Shown one piece after another: positions 12,600 through 24,430 of a stretch of DNA of 64,000 bases (position 1 is its first letter; the number at the start of each line of letters is the position of its first letter). The DNA is from Raillietiella orientalis (taxonomy: Eukaryota), in contig JAYWIR010000016.1 of assembly GCA_036172245.1 (NCBI GenBank), positions 3,844,001-3,908,000 of the forward strand, written 5' to 3'. A program made the translations under genes and the position numbers. The notes under the pieces were generated by a model. That model had not been told where the DNA came from. It worked only from the letters and a program-made list of their open reading frames with translations, and did not search any database.

Positions 12600-14420
12600 C
12601 AGATTTGGATGTATCCCAGCCAGGTCGCGGCCCTCTATGTATCTCCGTATCAGGGTGCAGAGAGTGAGGTCGCGGACTGGCAGGAGTTGGGCCTCAAGGT
12701 TGCCCTGTACGACGACATCCGGGAAAAACGTTTTACACAACCTTTCGGGTTGAGTAGGCGTTCGCGCGCAATGAGGAATAACAGAAGTTATGGATCTGGA
12801 GGGAATCCCTCTGATATGGACTACTGGATTCTGCTCTGGAAAGACTAAGGGCTGTTCTTAGCCCTGGAGTTATTGAAATTATATGGAGCCACTATTAATG
12901 ATTATAGCGGGTGAACTACCAACCTAATCCGAAAGAAAGGCGGGACTTACAATCCTACCGTGGAGAATATCGAAGAAATACGGATACAGTGATACAGACT
13001 CGGGAATGATTCCTCCATGCAATCAACCTAGTGAATTGCAGAGTAGCTCTATTACTATCCACTAAAGCAATAAAGTAGAAGATGCCATTCAACTCGCGGC
13101 AGCTGCCGGATCCCGTCAGGGTTCCTGCACGCCAGAGGGTACTGGCGAAAAAGTCGGAAGGAGTATTCCAATAGCATCCAATAGCCATAGGTGACCATCA
13201 TAAGCACTTCTTCGAAGTTGCTTCTTTGATTACGGGACCTCAGCTCAAAAAAGTGTAAAGACCACGTAGCGTGGCACCATCATGAGACCAGACAGACCTT
13301 TTTCCAGTTTTTCATAGATATGACCCAGATAACGTAAATGGGTTAGCCCATCAACTGGGCCACGGTATATCGACAAGTGCAAGGCACAGTCTCTAGAGCC
13401 GTTTGTGAGCCAAAATGTGAATATTCGCCATGGAACCTCCGTGGTAATGACACGGACCACGAAATTCCTGACTTCCAACAGACAGTAGAATTGCTAGAAA
13501 GGACCCGATCCATTCGTGGTGACCCCGGGAAACAACTTCCGGGAAGCGGTTGTAGCTTTAGCAGATGCAGCTACACCCGTCGAGGTCCGGCAGTACTTCA
13601 AAGCTTACAATCAGCTTGCGAACGCCATGTTCATCAATCATAATCTGATGAACCCAGACATTCATGCCACGTGAGCCTAGAACCACGTCAGATCGAGAGC
13701 TGCAATTTATACGTTCAACAGCAAGCTCTCTCCATGGCAACTGTCTTGTCTTGTCGGTCCTATTCGTCTTGCGGCAGACACATTCGAGTCCTACCATATT
13801 CGATTCGTGACGTCCCAGACAAACCGATTCGGTTAAAACTGTTCATGAGCACGCCACAGCTTGTAAAGCACGCCATGGACCACCTGACTTACTGGTCAAT
13901 GTGCCTGATCTCCGCCTGGCAACATTATGTGACAGCTTACTAGCTGTGTTGCTAGCAACCCGGCAGGCTCTGATATCGGGATATTGGCATTACTTGTCTT
14001 GCAGACATCCCAGATCTCCCGGTTACAAGTAATTCGCAGTCTTCTCGAAGAGAGCACTCTTCGTACCATTCTTCGTAGTACGAGGCATGAATCAGGTTAT
14101 TTCATTATTAGCTTGGCCACAGCAAACCTTGATCACAGCTTGACCTTAACAAAGGTCGCGGTGTGATTCTCCAGCGCTTGGAGAAGCGCTAGAGAATGGA
14201 AGATGCCATTCAACTCGCGGCAGCTGCCCGATTACGGGACCCTCAAAAAGTTGGGCTTTCCAGACCACAGAAGGATGGCAACTATTTGGGAAAAGTAGAA
14301 GATGCCATTCAACTGGCAACAGCTGCCAGGTCCCGTCAGGGTTGTTGAACGCCAGAGGGTACTGGCGAAAAAGTCGGAAGGAGTATTCCAATAGCATCCA
14401 ATAGCCATAGGCAACCAATT
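12600..14420 (+). mobile_element. Probable degenerate LTR retrotransposon (Ty3/Gypsy-like gag and RNase H-like remnants) with internal duplications
   Basis: Gag-like PYQGAESEVADW...DD..K and VEDAIQLA; RNase H-like LLAVLLATRQA; many stop codons. Confidence 0.35.
13072..14411 (+). repeat. Local duplication: 13072-13191 repeated at 14292-14411, plus an internally deleted copy at 14199-14251
   Basis: Near-identical aaagtagaagatgccattcaact...gccagagggtactggcgaaaaagtcggaaggagtattccaatagcatccaatagccatagg. Confidence 0.9.
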
Positions 14421-17399
14421 ACTTCTTTGATTAGAAGAAAAGTGGCTGCGCATCGCCGTTGCGGAAGGAGAATGAACTGATCAAGACATGAGCTTTCCAG
14501 AGCCAACCAAGACACCATGCCCCAACAACGTGGAAAATAGGGGGATCCTACTAAGTAGCAAACTTGTGGTACGAAAGGTACCATAACTGTCTGCACTGAT
14601 CAAGTGAGGAAGAGATAATAGGATTTGAGTAACGGAGGAGGAATACTGAAAGGCAGGAACTGATGAATGTGATTCAACATAAGACAGCAGTGCACATTCT
14701 GTGCACAGAGCATCTGTCCCAACACCATGATGCCCAAGGAAGGGTACCGAGGAGCTTTATAGAACCCGTTGGGAAGACCCAAGATAACACCAGAGATATC
14801 AAGAATCCTTGTGCAATCCAAAAAAAAATGCTATATATTAATATACCGTGTAGGATCAAGAAATAAGTACTTCCCCTCAAATATAAAGCTCTGTAGAACA
14901 ATTAGAGGTAGACAAAATATGAATGCAGGTTCGAATGCAGCACACGAGCCGGAACAGGCATTGCCTCTCTGCACAGTTTCATTCAATCGGAGCTCGACCA
15001 TTCCGAAGAGAACCTCAAAATCAGATGCAAATTTTGAAGACGGTAATGCCGCCGCCGTAGGTGGATCACAACTACTGATGCCGTCGGCCACTCGGATGTC
15101 CACGTCCGTTGTTGCGACAGCGGAGAAAAGGGGTCCGCAGCCGCAAATGGACTCACGTCCACTCGTGCGCATGGAGCGCACGAGTGGACCTCGGAAGCTC
15201 CCGAAACAATCTCGCGCAGGACGAGACTACGGAACCTCAGCTCTCTCGTGTAACGTGCACGCAGAATCCTTGACCCACTGTGTGGCGGTAGAGCATGTTT
15301 TTTCATTTTGAATGAATTGCCACTTCTTGAGCAACGCTTTTGTGCCAACTGACTGATGAGAAGTGGGCGCAACACGCTGGAAACGAAACCGGTCAAAGAG
15401 CAAACAGGAAGCAGAGCACATTCACGAGAGGAATTCACGAAAGGAGCGATGATGACGGGGGGAGTGTTGAGAAGGATGGAAAGCAGCAGAGGAGGGAAAT
15501 TTTTGCTCCCCCCGAGTCCAGGTGCAGCAGCAGCCACCCGGCAGCTGCCGCGTTCCGCAGTCCGCGCGCAAGCCGTGCGGTCAGCGTGCGAACAGCACAC
15601 CCGCCAGGAAGGACCGCGCGTGCATTCACGTACGTTGCCGGCGCACGTGACTGTGGTACAAGGGCGGGATGGCACAAAAAGTCCGCGCCACCTCTTTTTT
15701 TTTTTTTTTTCTTCCGTTTTTTCATGCATAGCCGGATACCCCACGTTTGCGAAGCACCTGTTGCTAAGGCTGCTAGGCGGCTCTCCCCCGCAGCTCAAAG
15801 AGGTGGAATTAGGAAAAGCCTGGCAAGACAAGAACGTACAAGCAGTCGTACGGAGGCCACGGAATTGAAATATCGGCGCTCGGGATCGAACACGCGGGAA
15901 TATTATATAAGGAAGGGGAAGGGTGACGGAAGACGTGAAATGAAAATGTGGGTGCGAAGGAGACGCCCGCAGGCGATCGTCCTTTGCTTGGTTCCGGGAG
16001 CAACAGGGAAACTGCCGTCCGCTAAAAAATATGCTGAAGGTTACCTTGAAGGTTACAAATAGTATATCCAAGGAACAGAATAAAGAAAAGTGACCACCCA
16101 GCGACGAGAACTCGCATCTCCATCGCAAGGACTAAGCTCACAGGTTCCACGAGGCCCATCGCGGAATGCGACGACCATATCGTTGCCTAGCTGATGGTGC
16201 CCAACGGGATCAACCACCCAGACATCTACATCTGAATGGTCACTACTTAAGTCTAATCTAGAGTTCCACAGCCCCAACAGCTTTCGGCAGCACCCTTCGA
16301 ATTCTGGGATGATCCTCTGTGGTTCGATGCATCCGCTGTCACCACCGGTGACAGCGGATTCGTTCGGAACTCCCACATCTGATAAGACTCCCATTTACTC
16401 AACGGCCCCTCCCTGAGCCAGTCGCAGTGTATTTGCGCGGTTTGGGTGATGTCAAGGATCCTGCAGACCAACTCGTCAAGTGGGAACTCCCAGAGTTACC
16501 CCCCACCCCGCTGTTCATGGCTCCGGGGTTTGACAATTGAGCCCGGCCCACCTACCAGCTCCAGACCCTAGAAAGTTGTGGGATTACTTCGAGCATGTGC
16601 GACTGCATCCATCATCCATTCGAAATCAATCACGGATTGATAAACAATATCTCCGACCATGTCTTCAGAGCAAGCCGCTCATATGAGTGCGGCGATTCTG
16701 TTGTCCAGTTTTGCCTCCAGGGCCACCCGCGAAGCCGATGCCGCCACCTCAGCCCGCGTGTGCTGCTTCCGAATGAGGAACTGAGTCGCCGTCCCCTCGG
16801 CACGCAAACCAACAGCTGGGCGTGTCGCGATTGGGACAGATGAGGACAAGGTTCCCAGGCCGTGGATTGCGACAACGAACAACATAGATAGTTATAGAAG
16901 GACACTTCGCTCTCAGAACGCATTCCCATGCGGCATCAAAAGAAAAGACAGACCACTGGATTCGCATAATCCCTCCGGCCAACACCCAGGACCCGAATCA
17001 GGGACTCACACGGTCCCATCGAAAGAAGACCTTTGAATCCTTCGTATCGCTCCTCGACCGTACGTTAGGCACATAGCGCTCCCTATTGTATGGGTCACGC
17101 ACGAATGCTACACCAGACAGCCCATGCACGTCTCCAACGTACCATTCATTGCAGATCCACACTTGGTATGTGTTGATGCTGCCAAGCGGCCGTCGCCATT
17201 CTCTGTAATTCTTCCTTCCAGCTTTTGTTTTGGTTCGCTGAGTATCTGAAGAGCTTTCGCGCGCCTGCGGCTCGACTTATTCTCCAAGAATAAGCTTCCG
17301 TTAATCCGCTCCTGTTAAGACTTAGGGGGACCTCTAGGGAAGAGATGGCGACACACCTGCTCCATGAAGGGTCCCCCCCCAGAATAAGAGGCCGCTCCT

Positions 17400-18115
17400 T
17401 TCAACTCCTTGATACTACAAGGACCCGGAGGTGCTACCCTATTACCCGCAGCCATCCGCACAATATTCGAGCGATACGCATTCGAGAGAAGGGCTTTTCT
17501 GACCATCCTCGTTTTAGTGCATGCGTGGTGCTTTCATTTTTCAGTAGCCAGGCCAGTAGTGACCTCATGGAAAAATTTCCATTGACTGACCTAGGATGCT
17601 GAAAGCCCCCTTTGCGAACAACACTCATCCCCGAGGCTCAATGTGTTCCAACTAGAAGACCTCACACAGTTTCGACCAATTGGCAAAATATTTGCAAAGT
17701 GCCTCGCCCGTAGATTGCACGAGTGGATATTTCGCAATCATAAGGGATTCCTCCCATATGATGGTGTCTTGGAACACCACTTCATGCTCCGGCACCAAAT
17801 GGATTTCTGCAAGCGACACCACCAACCACTACGTGTGGCCTGGATTGATCTAAAGGATGCTTTTGCACCTGAATTACTGAAAGCTTTACAGGGTGCTAAT
17901 GCTGGCAATGGCTTTATTGAGCCACATGTACTCTGAGAATTTTACCCAGGTTGTCACGACGGATGGCCTACCTATTAGCAAAAGGAGTGGAACAAGGATG
18001 CCCACTATCTGGACTACTTTTTAACATTTCCTTGGAACCACCCTGCATGTTTATCAAGCATCAGATTCCCGAAGCCAACATCTTGGCGTATGCCGATGAC
18101 CTAGTCATCTTTAAC
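17400..18115 (+). mobile_element. Degenerate non-LTR retrotransposon reverse transcriptase (RLE-type, Utopia/NeSL/R2-like)
   Basis: TTLIP, DLTQFRPI, KIFAKCLARRL, HKGFLPYDGVLEHHFML, VAWIDLKDAF, KGVEQGCPLSGLLFNI, LAYADDLVI; carries frameshifts and deletions. Confidence 0.85.
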
Positions 18116-18119
18116 CAAA

Positions 18120-18430
18120 GAAGTCGCCTCTCTCCAGAAGACTCCTTACAGGGGGCTCACGAAGCTCTTCTACACCGCCCACACTACCCGAGGGTGCGCG
18201 TGCAATCCTTCAAGATAGGGGCTACCTAGGGAGAAGGACTGCACCGCCTGCGGTTTTTAAGAAACCACTGTGGAGTCCCGGAAGGCTCCGGAGGAAGGAG
18301 TCTCTTTCATCTCAAGCTTGGGAGGGAATCCCGAACCAGGGATCCTCTTCCTCTGTAGAGTACTCTGGAGGGACAATCCTTGAAAGGAGCAGCGGGCTTC
18401 CGACACTCCGGAGGGGGTTCCTCCCCGTAG
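18120..18430 (-). mobile_element. LINE family A fragment abutting the RT remnant
   Basis: ccttacagggggctcacgaagctctt...cccacactacccgagggtgc matches 483-540. Confidence 0.55.
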
Positions 18431-18749
18431 GATAGATAGAGGAGGATACGCCCACGCATGCCGTGTGGATGTGGTTTCCGAGAAACACCCCCGACCAGCA
18501 AACACTTCGTGGATCAGGAAAGTCAGCCCACGAGGAAAAGTGGACGCGGAGAGCGTGTGCCTACCTGAGACCTTCGACCGTGTGCTTCCGCTGACCGCTT
18601 CACTGCACCTTCAATTCCTCAAAACACCTCCAAACGACACAAATAAACGCTCCTGATCTTCTTCTTCTGACTGGCAGAAGAGGGCCGCAAGCACAGCAGC
18701 ACCTCCCCAGTGGAGTGGGAGACTTCGCACAAATTTATACAAAGGGGGA

Positions 18750-19030
18750 AGGTGAAGCGGAGTCCTTTGCTTCAGGCCGTGCTGTTCCAGTTGGCACCGG
18801 AAGCAAGAAGTCCTAAAGGGAAGGTCGTCGGCAAAGCCCGTAGGCGGTGGTGGGACCGCAGTGAAGTTGCGGTCTGTAACTTTAAAAGTTACTGCCTCGA
18901 GAGGGCGTTCCTTGGATTCTCCAGGAAGTCTGCCATTCAATTCGTGCCCCCAAATCACGTTTCTGGATCGCAGAAGTGACCTTGGGGACACAGATCCGGT
19001 CCTGGACGATTCAAAGATGTGCAGAAAACG
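18750..19030 (-). mobile_element. Decayed APE endonuclease N-terminus
   Basis: Frameshifted CTSLNRPG, MADFLE and FTAVPPPPTG resemble the APE motifs TLN.RG and AFLQET. Confidence 0.3.
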
Positions 19031-22000
19031 AATGAATCATCAGTTTTCAGGAGGGTTTTTGGTGTAGGACTGACGCCGAAGAAGTGCATGTTTCCACCTA
19101 GTCAAAGGAAGTGTTCCCCCTCTGTCTGCATGCACTGACCTTCTTTTCTTGCTTTCAAACGAAAAAGGTCAGATCTCTTAAGTCTTTTTTTTTTTCTAAA
19201 GAACACTCTATGGAAAGTGGAAAGTACGTTTACGTCATGCTTCTCCTGCAGACCGGGATGGAACGTCCGTCGGCGTCCATTGCTGGATGCAGACGCAAGA
19301 AAGAATGGGCTTCTCCTGCCCAGCTGCAGGCTATAGGACCTGAACAACGCGAGTCACTGGCCAAAGCAAGGCAAGGGAACACATTACTGGAACACAGAGT
19401 GGATATTTCCTTCGGCACGAGTTCGGCAGCCTCCGTTTCCTTGGAGCCGAGAATCCAATTTTGCCGTCGCGGACGACCTGAAGCAGTCGGAAGAGTTCCA
19501 TACCATAATTGATTTCAGTAGCAGCACCTGCAAGGAGTCATCTTCACACGCATGCTTGAACGGTAGTTGGCACAGAACACGGCGGTCAAAGTGCTCTGGT
19601 TGTCGCCTTCGCGTCCGTGAGGCCACGTCGCCCGCGGGCAACACCAAGCACCACGGGTATTCGCATCCGCACTTTCGTGCTGCGTGCAAACAACCGACGA
19701 ATCGATGGCCGATCTGGTTGAGGGATTGTCCGCCCGGTTACATTGGGGCGAACCGACAAGTCGGAGGTATGGCTCTCGGAGGAAAGCAGGAAGCAGTCCA
19801 AGGAGAGGGCCCGCCCGCACGCAGGTCGGCCGCACTCAAAGTCCGGAACGGGCCGGAGGGCGCAACAAAGGAATCCACAAGAGGGAATGAGACACGCAAA
19901 GGGGGCTCCGGCTGCAGCTGCCTTCTTTCGCCCAACACCGGCACCGGGCGCACGGGCCGCCCGACGCGACTCCCTCCTTCCGGCAGGCGGGGTCACCACG
20001 CCGCCTCCCCCCTCGCGCGGGCGGCTGCCATGCGGGCAGCCTCCGCTCGTGAGGAATCTCCTCAGCGGACCCTTGGCGGTGCCCTCCTGGTGCGGAGAGC
20101 TCCCAGAACAGTCCATTCTTAAGGGAACCGCCTCTGTCTATCGAGGGAAGCGTAACGGCTCGGGGACGAGGTTGCCCCGGAAACGAGGTTCCGACTCCGG
20201 TCTCAGCGGACGCTCCCGTGTGCAAGCGTTCCCGGACGGCTGGCGTTGGTCCTGGAGACGCCCATCCGCTTCCGGTCGGAGGTTGCCCATCGAGAGAAGC
20301 TCTGGAGTAATCTTCCTCTCCCGCTGTTCTCTCCCCGTTCATCTTGCGCCTCGAAAGCGAAATGTGATCCACGAATGCTGGTGGATCCGAGGACTGTCCA
20401 TCAAGGTGCCTCCTCAAACCCTGAAGACGATGACCTCTGCCCTGCTGATCTGAGAGGTCCAAACATACAGATCTGCTCTTCGGTAGGTTCTAAGAGTGAC
20501 TCCAGGGAAAGTTCTTGTGGATCTGGTAAGTCGTGAGCTGTGCGCCTGAATCACTCTGTGGCAGGTGATCACGCATTCAGCTTCCGTACCTCGAACCTGG
20601 GCGTCCCGTGAGCTCTGCAGCGTGAGGAAAGGAAGATTTTTCACCTGGAACACGAGCGCTGCCGGGGGAACCGGAAATGCACGTCCGCCAGGGGAGCACA
20701 GGCATGCAACCGAACACCCTGAACACTATCGCAATCGTCCTCAAACTGTGGATAACACGCTGTACACCGCGTTTGATGGCCTTATGAGGTGTTTCTCGTT
20801 GATCTTCACGCGTGGATGATGACATCTTCTGAGTTGACGTCGGGAAAATGCCTTGATTGCAGCAGACTCTGGAGATGCGTCGGGTGCTCCGTTGATGCAC
20901 CAATAGAGCAGCTTCGCAGGACCAAAGGGCTTCGTGAGTCAAGAACTGTTCCTGTGGCAGTGGGTTCGGCCCAAACAGTTTCCTTCATTTCCGCCGTCTT
21001 CCACGTCCTCTCGGCCGTTCCTCTTCTTCGGTCCTCCAGCTTTTCCGTCCGCTAAGAACTCGCAAACTGCCGCTCCACCCCTTCGTGGAGATGGGAGTCG
21101 CCGCACGGCGCCGCTACATGGAGGACCGCCGAAGTCACGCACCCACGGTGCGCGTGCAGTAGGTCCGAGAAAACCGAATCCCGATTCCCGACCTCTGACG
21201 CCTGGATCCGTTCCAGTGCCGTCACAAGCGGGGCTCGGAACCCACGACGGGTTTCCCCGAATTCCTGCATTCCCGAAACTCCCGGAGGGCTGAACGGTGA
21301 GCGAGCAAGTGGACCCCGCCGCTCCTCGTTCCCGGGAGAAGGGACTACCCCGGCGAGGTGACCCTGCTCAGCTTTCCCCCCGGAGAACTAGCAGACCCTA
21401 GCGGAACCAGATCTCCCCCTTGGGGTGCATGGACACCCCGGTGCTCCCCTTGAGCTGGAAAGGGTATGTGCTGCTGTTTGTGCACTTTGGTTGCCTGTGA
21501 GATCAGCGCCTGCGGGAGTTCCGCGATGGAGGGAGGGCACCCATCAAGCGTGACGTCGGTTTGGGGAGTTGCAGCCCCAAACTGACGGTCCGTTGGGGAC
21601 AATCGAATCGCCCCTGCACCCTGAGGGCAGTGCCAAGCACTTGGAATAGAGGGATGCATCGCCGGAGGAGCGCCCCACGTGACCGAATGGCACGACAGAC
21701 ACCAAGGCTGGGTTGGCGGTATGCACCCACCTGCGGGAGACACCGGTCACCAACCAAAACCGGACAGGGAGGAGCCAAGGGGGGGGGTAAGGCGTCGAGA
21801 AGGAACCGGAGTCACTGCAGGTCTTTCTCCGGAATACCCAGCAGCTCTCCTCAGCGCAAAAAGTCCTCGGGGTGGGGCACTCGAGGTCGCAGAGCCCGTA
21901 AGCTGGCCCGTCGTCCACTCACCCAGTCCTCTTCTCCTGCCGGAGATTTCTACAGTGGCCTCCCATCTAGCCTCAAGACTGCTGCCCTAATGTTCCCTGA

Positions 22001-23689
22001 GGAAGGGCAGCGCTGCGGCGAGGGAATGTAAAGATTTCGTGTCATAAAGATGATTCGTCCCCCGCCAAGTTGACTGACTTTTCGCGAGCATCGGTGAGGG
22101 GCGCGCCAGGAGGAAATTCCCGTCCTTCACCCTACTCGGGGTGCAAGCGGAGGCATGGAAGAGCACGAGGGCTTCGAGCCAGGGACCAAAAAGGTAGACG
22201 CAAAGCGTCCTTCCAGACCAGCGCTGATGGCGGCGGTGAGGGGGAGGGGGGAGTGCGGATGCGAGGCCATTTCGGTCCTGCTGCTCCTGCCAGCGTTGAT
22301 GCCGATGCTTCGGAGACGGCTACTGACCCTCTCTAAGCTGAAGAGGATACCGGAAGCCTAGCCGAGAGCTGCGCCGCCTGCGGGAAGGGGTCGTCGCTCC
22401 CAGGGAAGTCACGCGCGCCACGGCAGGTGGACTGTGGGCGGCGCAGGCGGAAAGAACGGCCAGCAGGAGTGCAGGCAGCTCCAGGTGGACTCCATCGGGT
22501 CCGGCGTCGCTACTTCGACGCCGCTGCCCGGGCTTCCTGGAGGTCGTCGCGGTGGCCAAAGGGGGGCATCGGTCGCCAGCAGCGGGAAGACTGCGAGCGT
22601 CCCCAGGTAGATGCACAGACGCGACCCTTCGCCGCAAAGCAAACGAAAAGGAAAAAGTCGGTCGCTCGCCACGGCCCCTACTGCGGGGCAGGGGGGTTCC
22701 ACTTCCGTCCAGAAGGAAGACTCGTCACAATAAGACGTCAGCGGTCACCTTGGTTTCCCCTTCCCACTCTTAAGAGCGAAGGAAAGCCTACCGCTCGCAT
22801 GGCTGTTGAAAAGAAGACGAAGAAGAGGGGGAAGGGGAGAATGGTGCTCGCATGGTGCCCGGACATCCTCCCTCTTTCGCTGAGCCCCGCAACGCACCGG
22901 TTGTTGCTGGAGGTGGTTTCGGGAGACTCCGCTGTTTTCGCCGGTGCGACCGAAGCAGAGCGATTTGCGGCGGTCCGACTGCGCTCGCACGTGGGCGAAT
23001 GCCGCGGGCAGCTGCTCCAAGCATTCGCAGTTCGAAAACGCTTCGGCCGAATATCTTTCGAGAATTTTCGCGTGATGACCTGCAATTTATGGTCAAAGTG
23101 CTCATTAGCGGCCCAGTCCTTCAACAGCTGGCATCTGACTCACCACGAACCATTCCCGCTCTCCTGGGCCATTCCGAGTGCTCGCAGGAATTCCTAAGGA
23201 CAGTAAAACAACAGGCAACACGTCGCGGAGGGTTGCAGAGAGCATCTTTACGACTTGTGGTAATATGCCGCTGCTCATCTTCCTGGTTATGGGGGGCTGG
23301 TCAAGTTCAACTGGTGCACCAAGCAGGCATTCGAGAGGTGGGAACTTTCAGCAGCAGACTCGACCTCTTGCGTCAGCTGACAAATTGTATCGCCATGAGC
23401 AGCGAAGCAAGAAATTCACGCCGTGGTCAATGCAGTGCAACGAGCAAAACAATAAAAGAGAGAGCTGCGCGCGCGCAGTTTCTTCCGGCAACCCCGACGG
23501 GGATGCAATGGCGGGAGTTTCGGCGGAAAGCCTCAACTCGGGACGCGTTTCCCTGTTCCTTCAATTTCACAAGGAAGGCTCGCCACGCCCGCACATCCTG
23601 AAGCTTCCCTCCCCCCTACCCCCCCGTCAACGAAAGAGCGAATGAGCGTCTTGAGCAAACAAGATGATCAAGATGCGCTCCTTCTTGGA

Positions 23690-24430
23690 AAAAAAAATGC
23701 ACAGCCAGTCCGGAAGTAGGACGTAGCGAGTTCGTCTGGACCGATGCTCCTGCCTCATGAGCTCGAATCCGAGCTTCCATGGCAACCCGCATCCCTCTAG
23801 ACAAGCCCGCGTTGGCGGCCGCTTGGCGCCAGGGTTCGAATCCCGCCCGGGGAAGGAAGGATAGACCCGGAGAAATAAGGGGTGCATCGTGGGTTTCGAG
23901 CCCCCCTCCCTCCTTTCTCCGCAGGATGGCGCTGGTTCGCCTGTAGGCTTCGGGTGATGAAACCGGATGCCCCCGTTGACTGGCCCGGACTGAATGTTCA
24001 TCCTCCTGGGTCCTTCCAGGAATCGAGGAGCCATTCGGGGCCCCCCTCCGGTCGTGAAAAGGGATCCGCCTCTCCAGAGTGCCAGAAGTCCGCTGCTCCC
24101 ATCGGAGAGCGCCCTCCAGGGGAACTGGGAAGCGTCCCTTCGGGGTTATCTTCAGAGGAGGAGGAAACGAGGAGCGGATCCCTTACGGGGGTCTTTTCAG
24201 AGAGAAACCTCTCTCCTAGACGTAAGAGTAACGGACTCCCTCTCTATATCGGGGTCACCTCCTATCTTGAAGGGATACACACACCCGCTCTGGTGGCGTG
24301 GAGCGGTGTGAAAAGAAAGGTTTGTTAGCCCCCCGTAAAGGGGCGAACGGTTCTTCAGCACTCCTTGAGAGCCAAAGGAAAGAAGAAAGCTGGAAAGGAA
24401 GCAGTGAAGACGGAAGAATCCATCTGGACC
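23690..24430 (+). mobile_element. LINE family A fragment (ORF1 knuckle remnant and C-terminal region)
   Basis: Shares tccttccaggaatcgaggagccattcg, ctctccagagtgccaga and tcttcagaggaggaggaaac with 51310-51500, and similar blocks with 63610-63900. Confidence 0.65.

Noticed and set aside
15350..15400. Hammerhead-like CTGATGAG...CGAAACCGGTC
   Set aside because: Core boxes are present but stems I and II cannot form convincingly; most likely chance
14983..16128. 381-aa ORF, the longest in the track
   Set aside because: Runs through poly-A/T and low-complexity sequence with no recognisable domain
23806..23852. tRNA or SINE head (B-box GGTTCGAATCCC)
   Set aside because: No anticodon arm or proper A-box spacing; it lies inside family A, which has ORF1 knuckle remnants upstream and APE downstream, and the motif is degraded in the other copies
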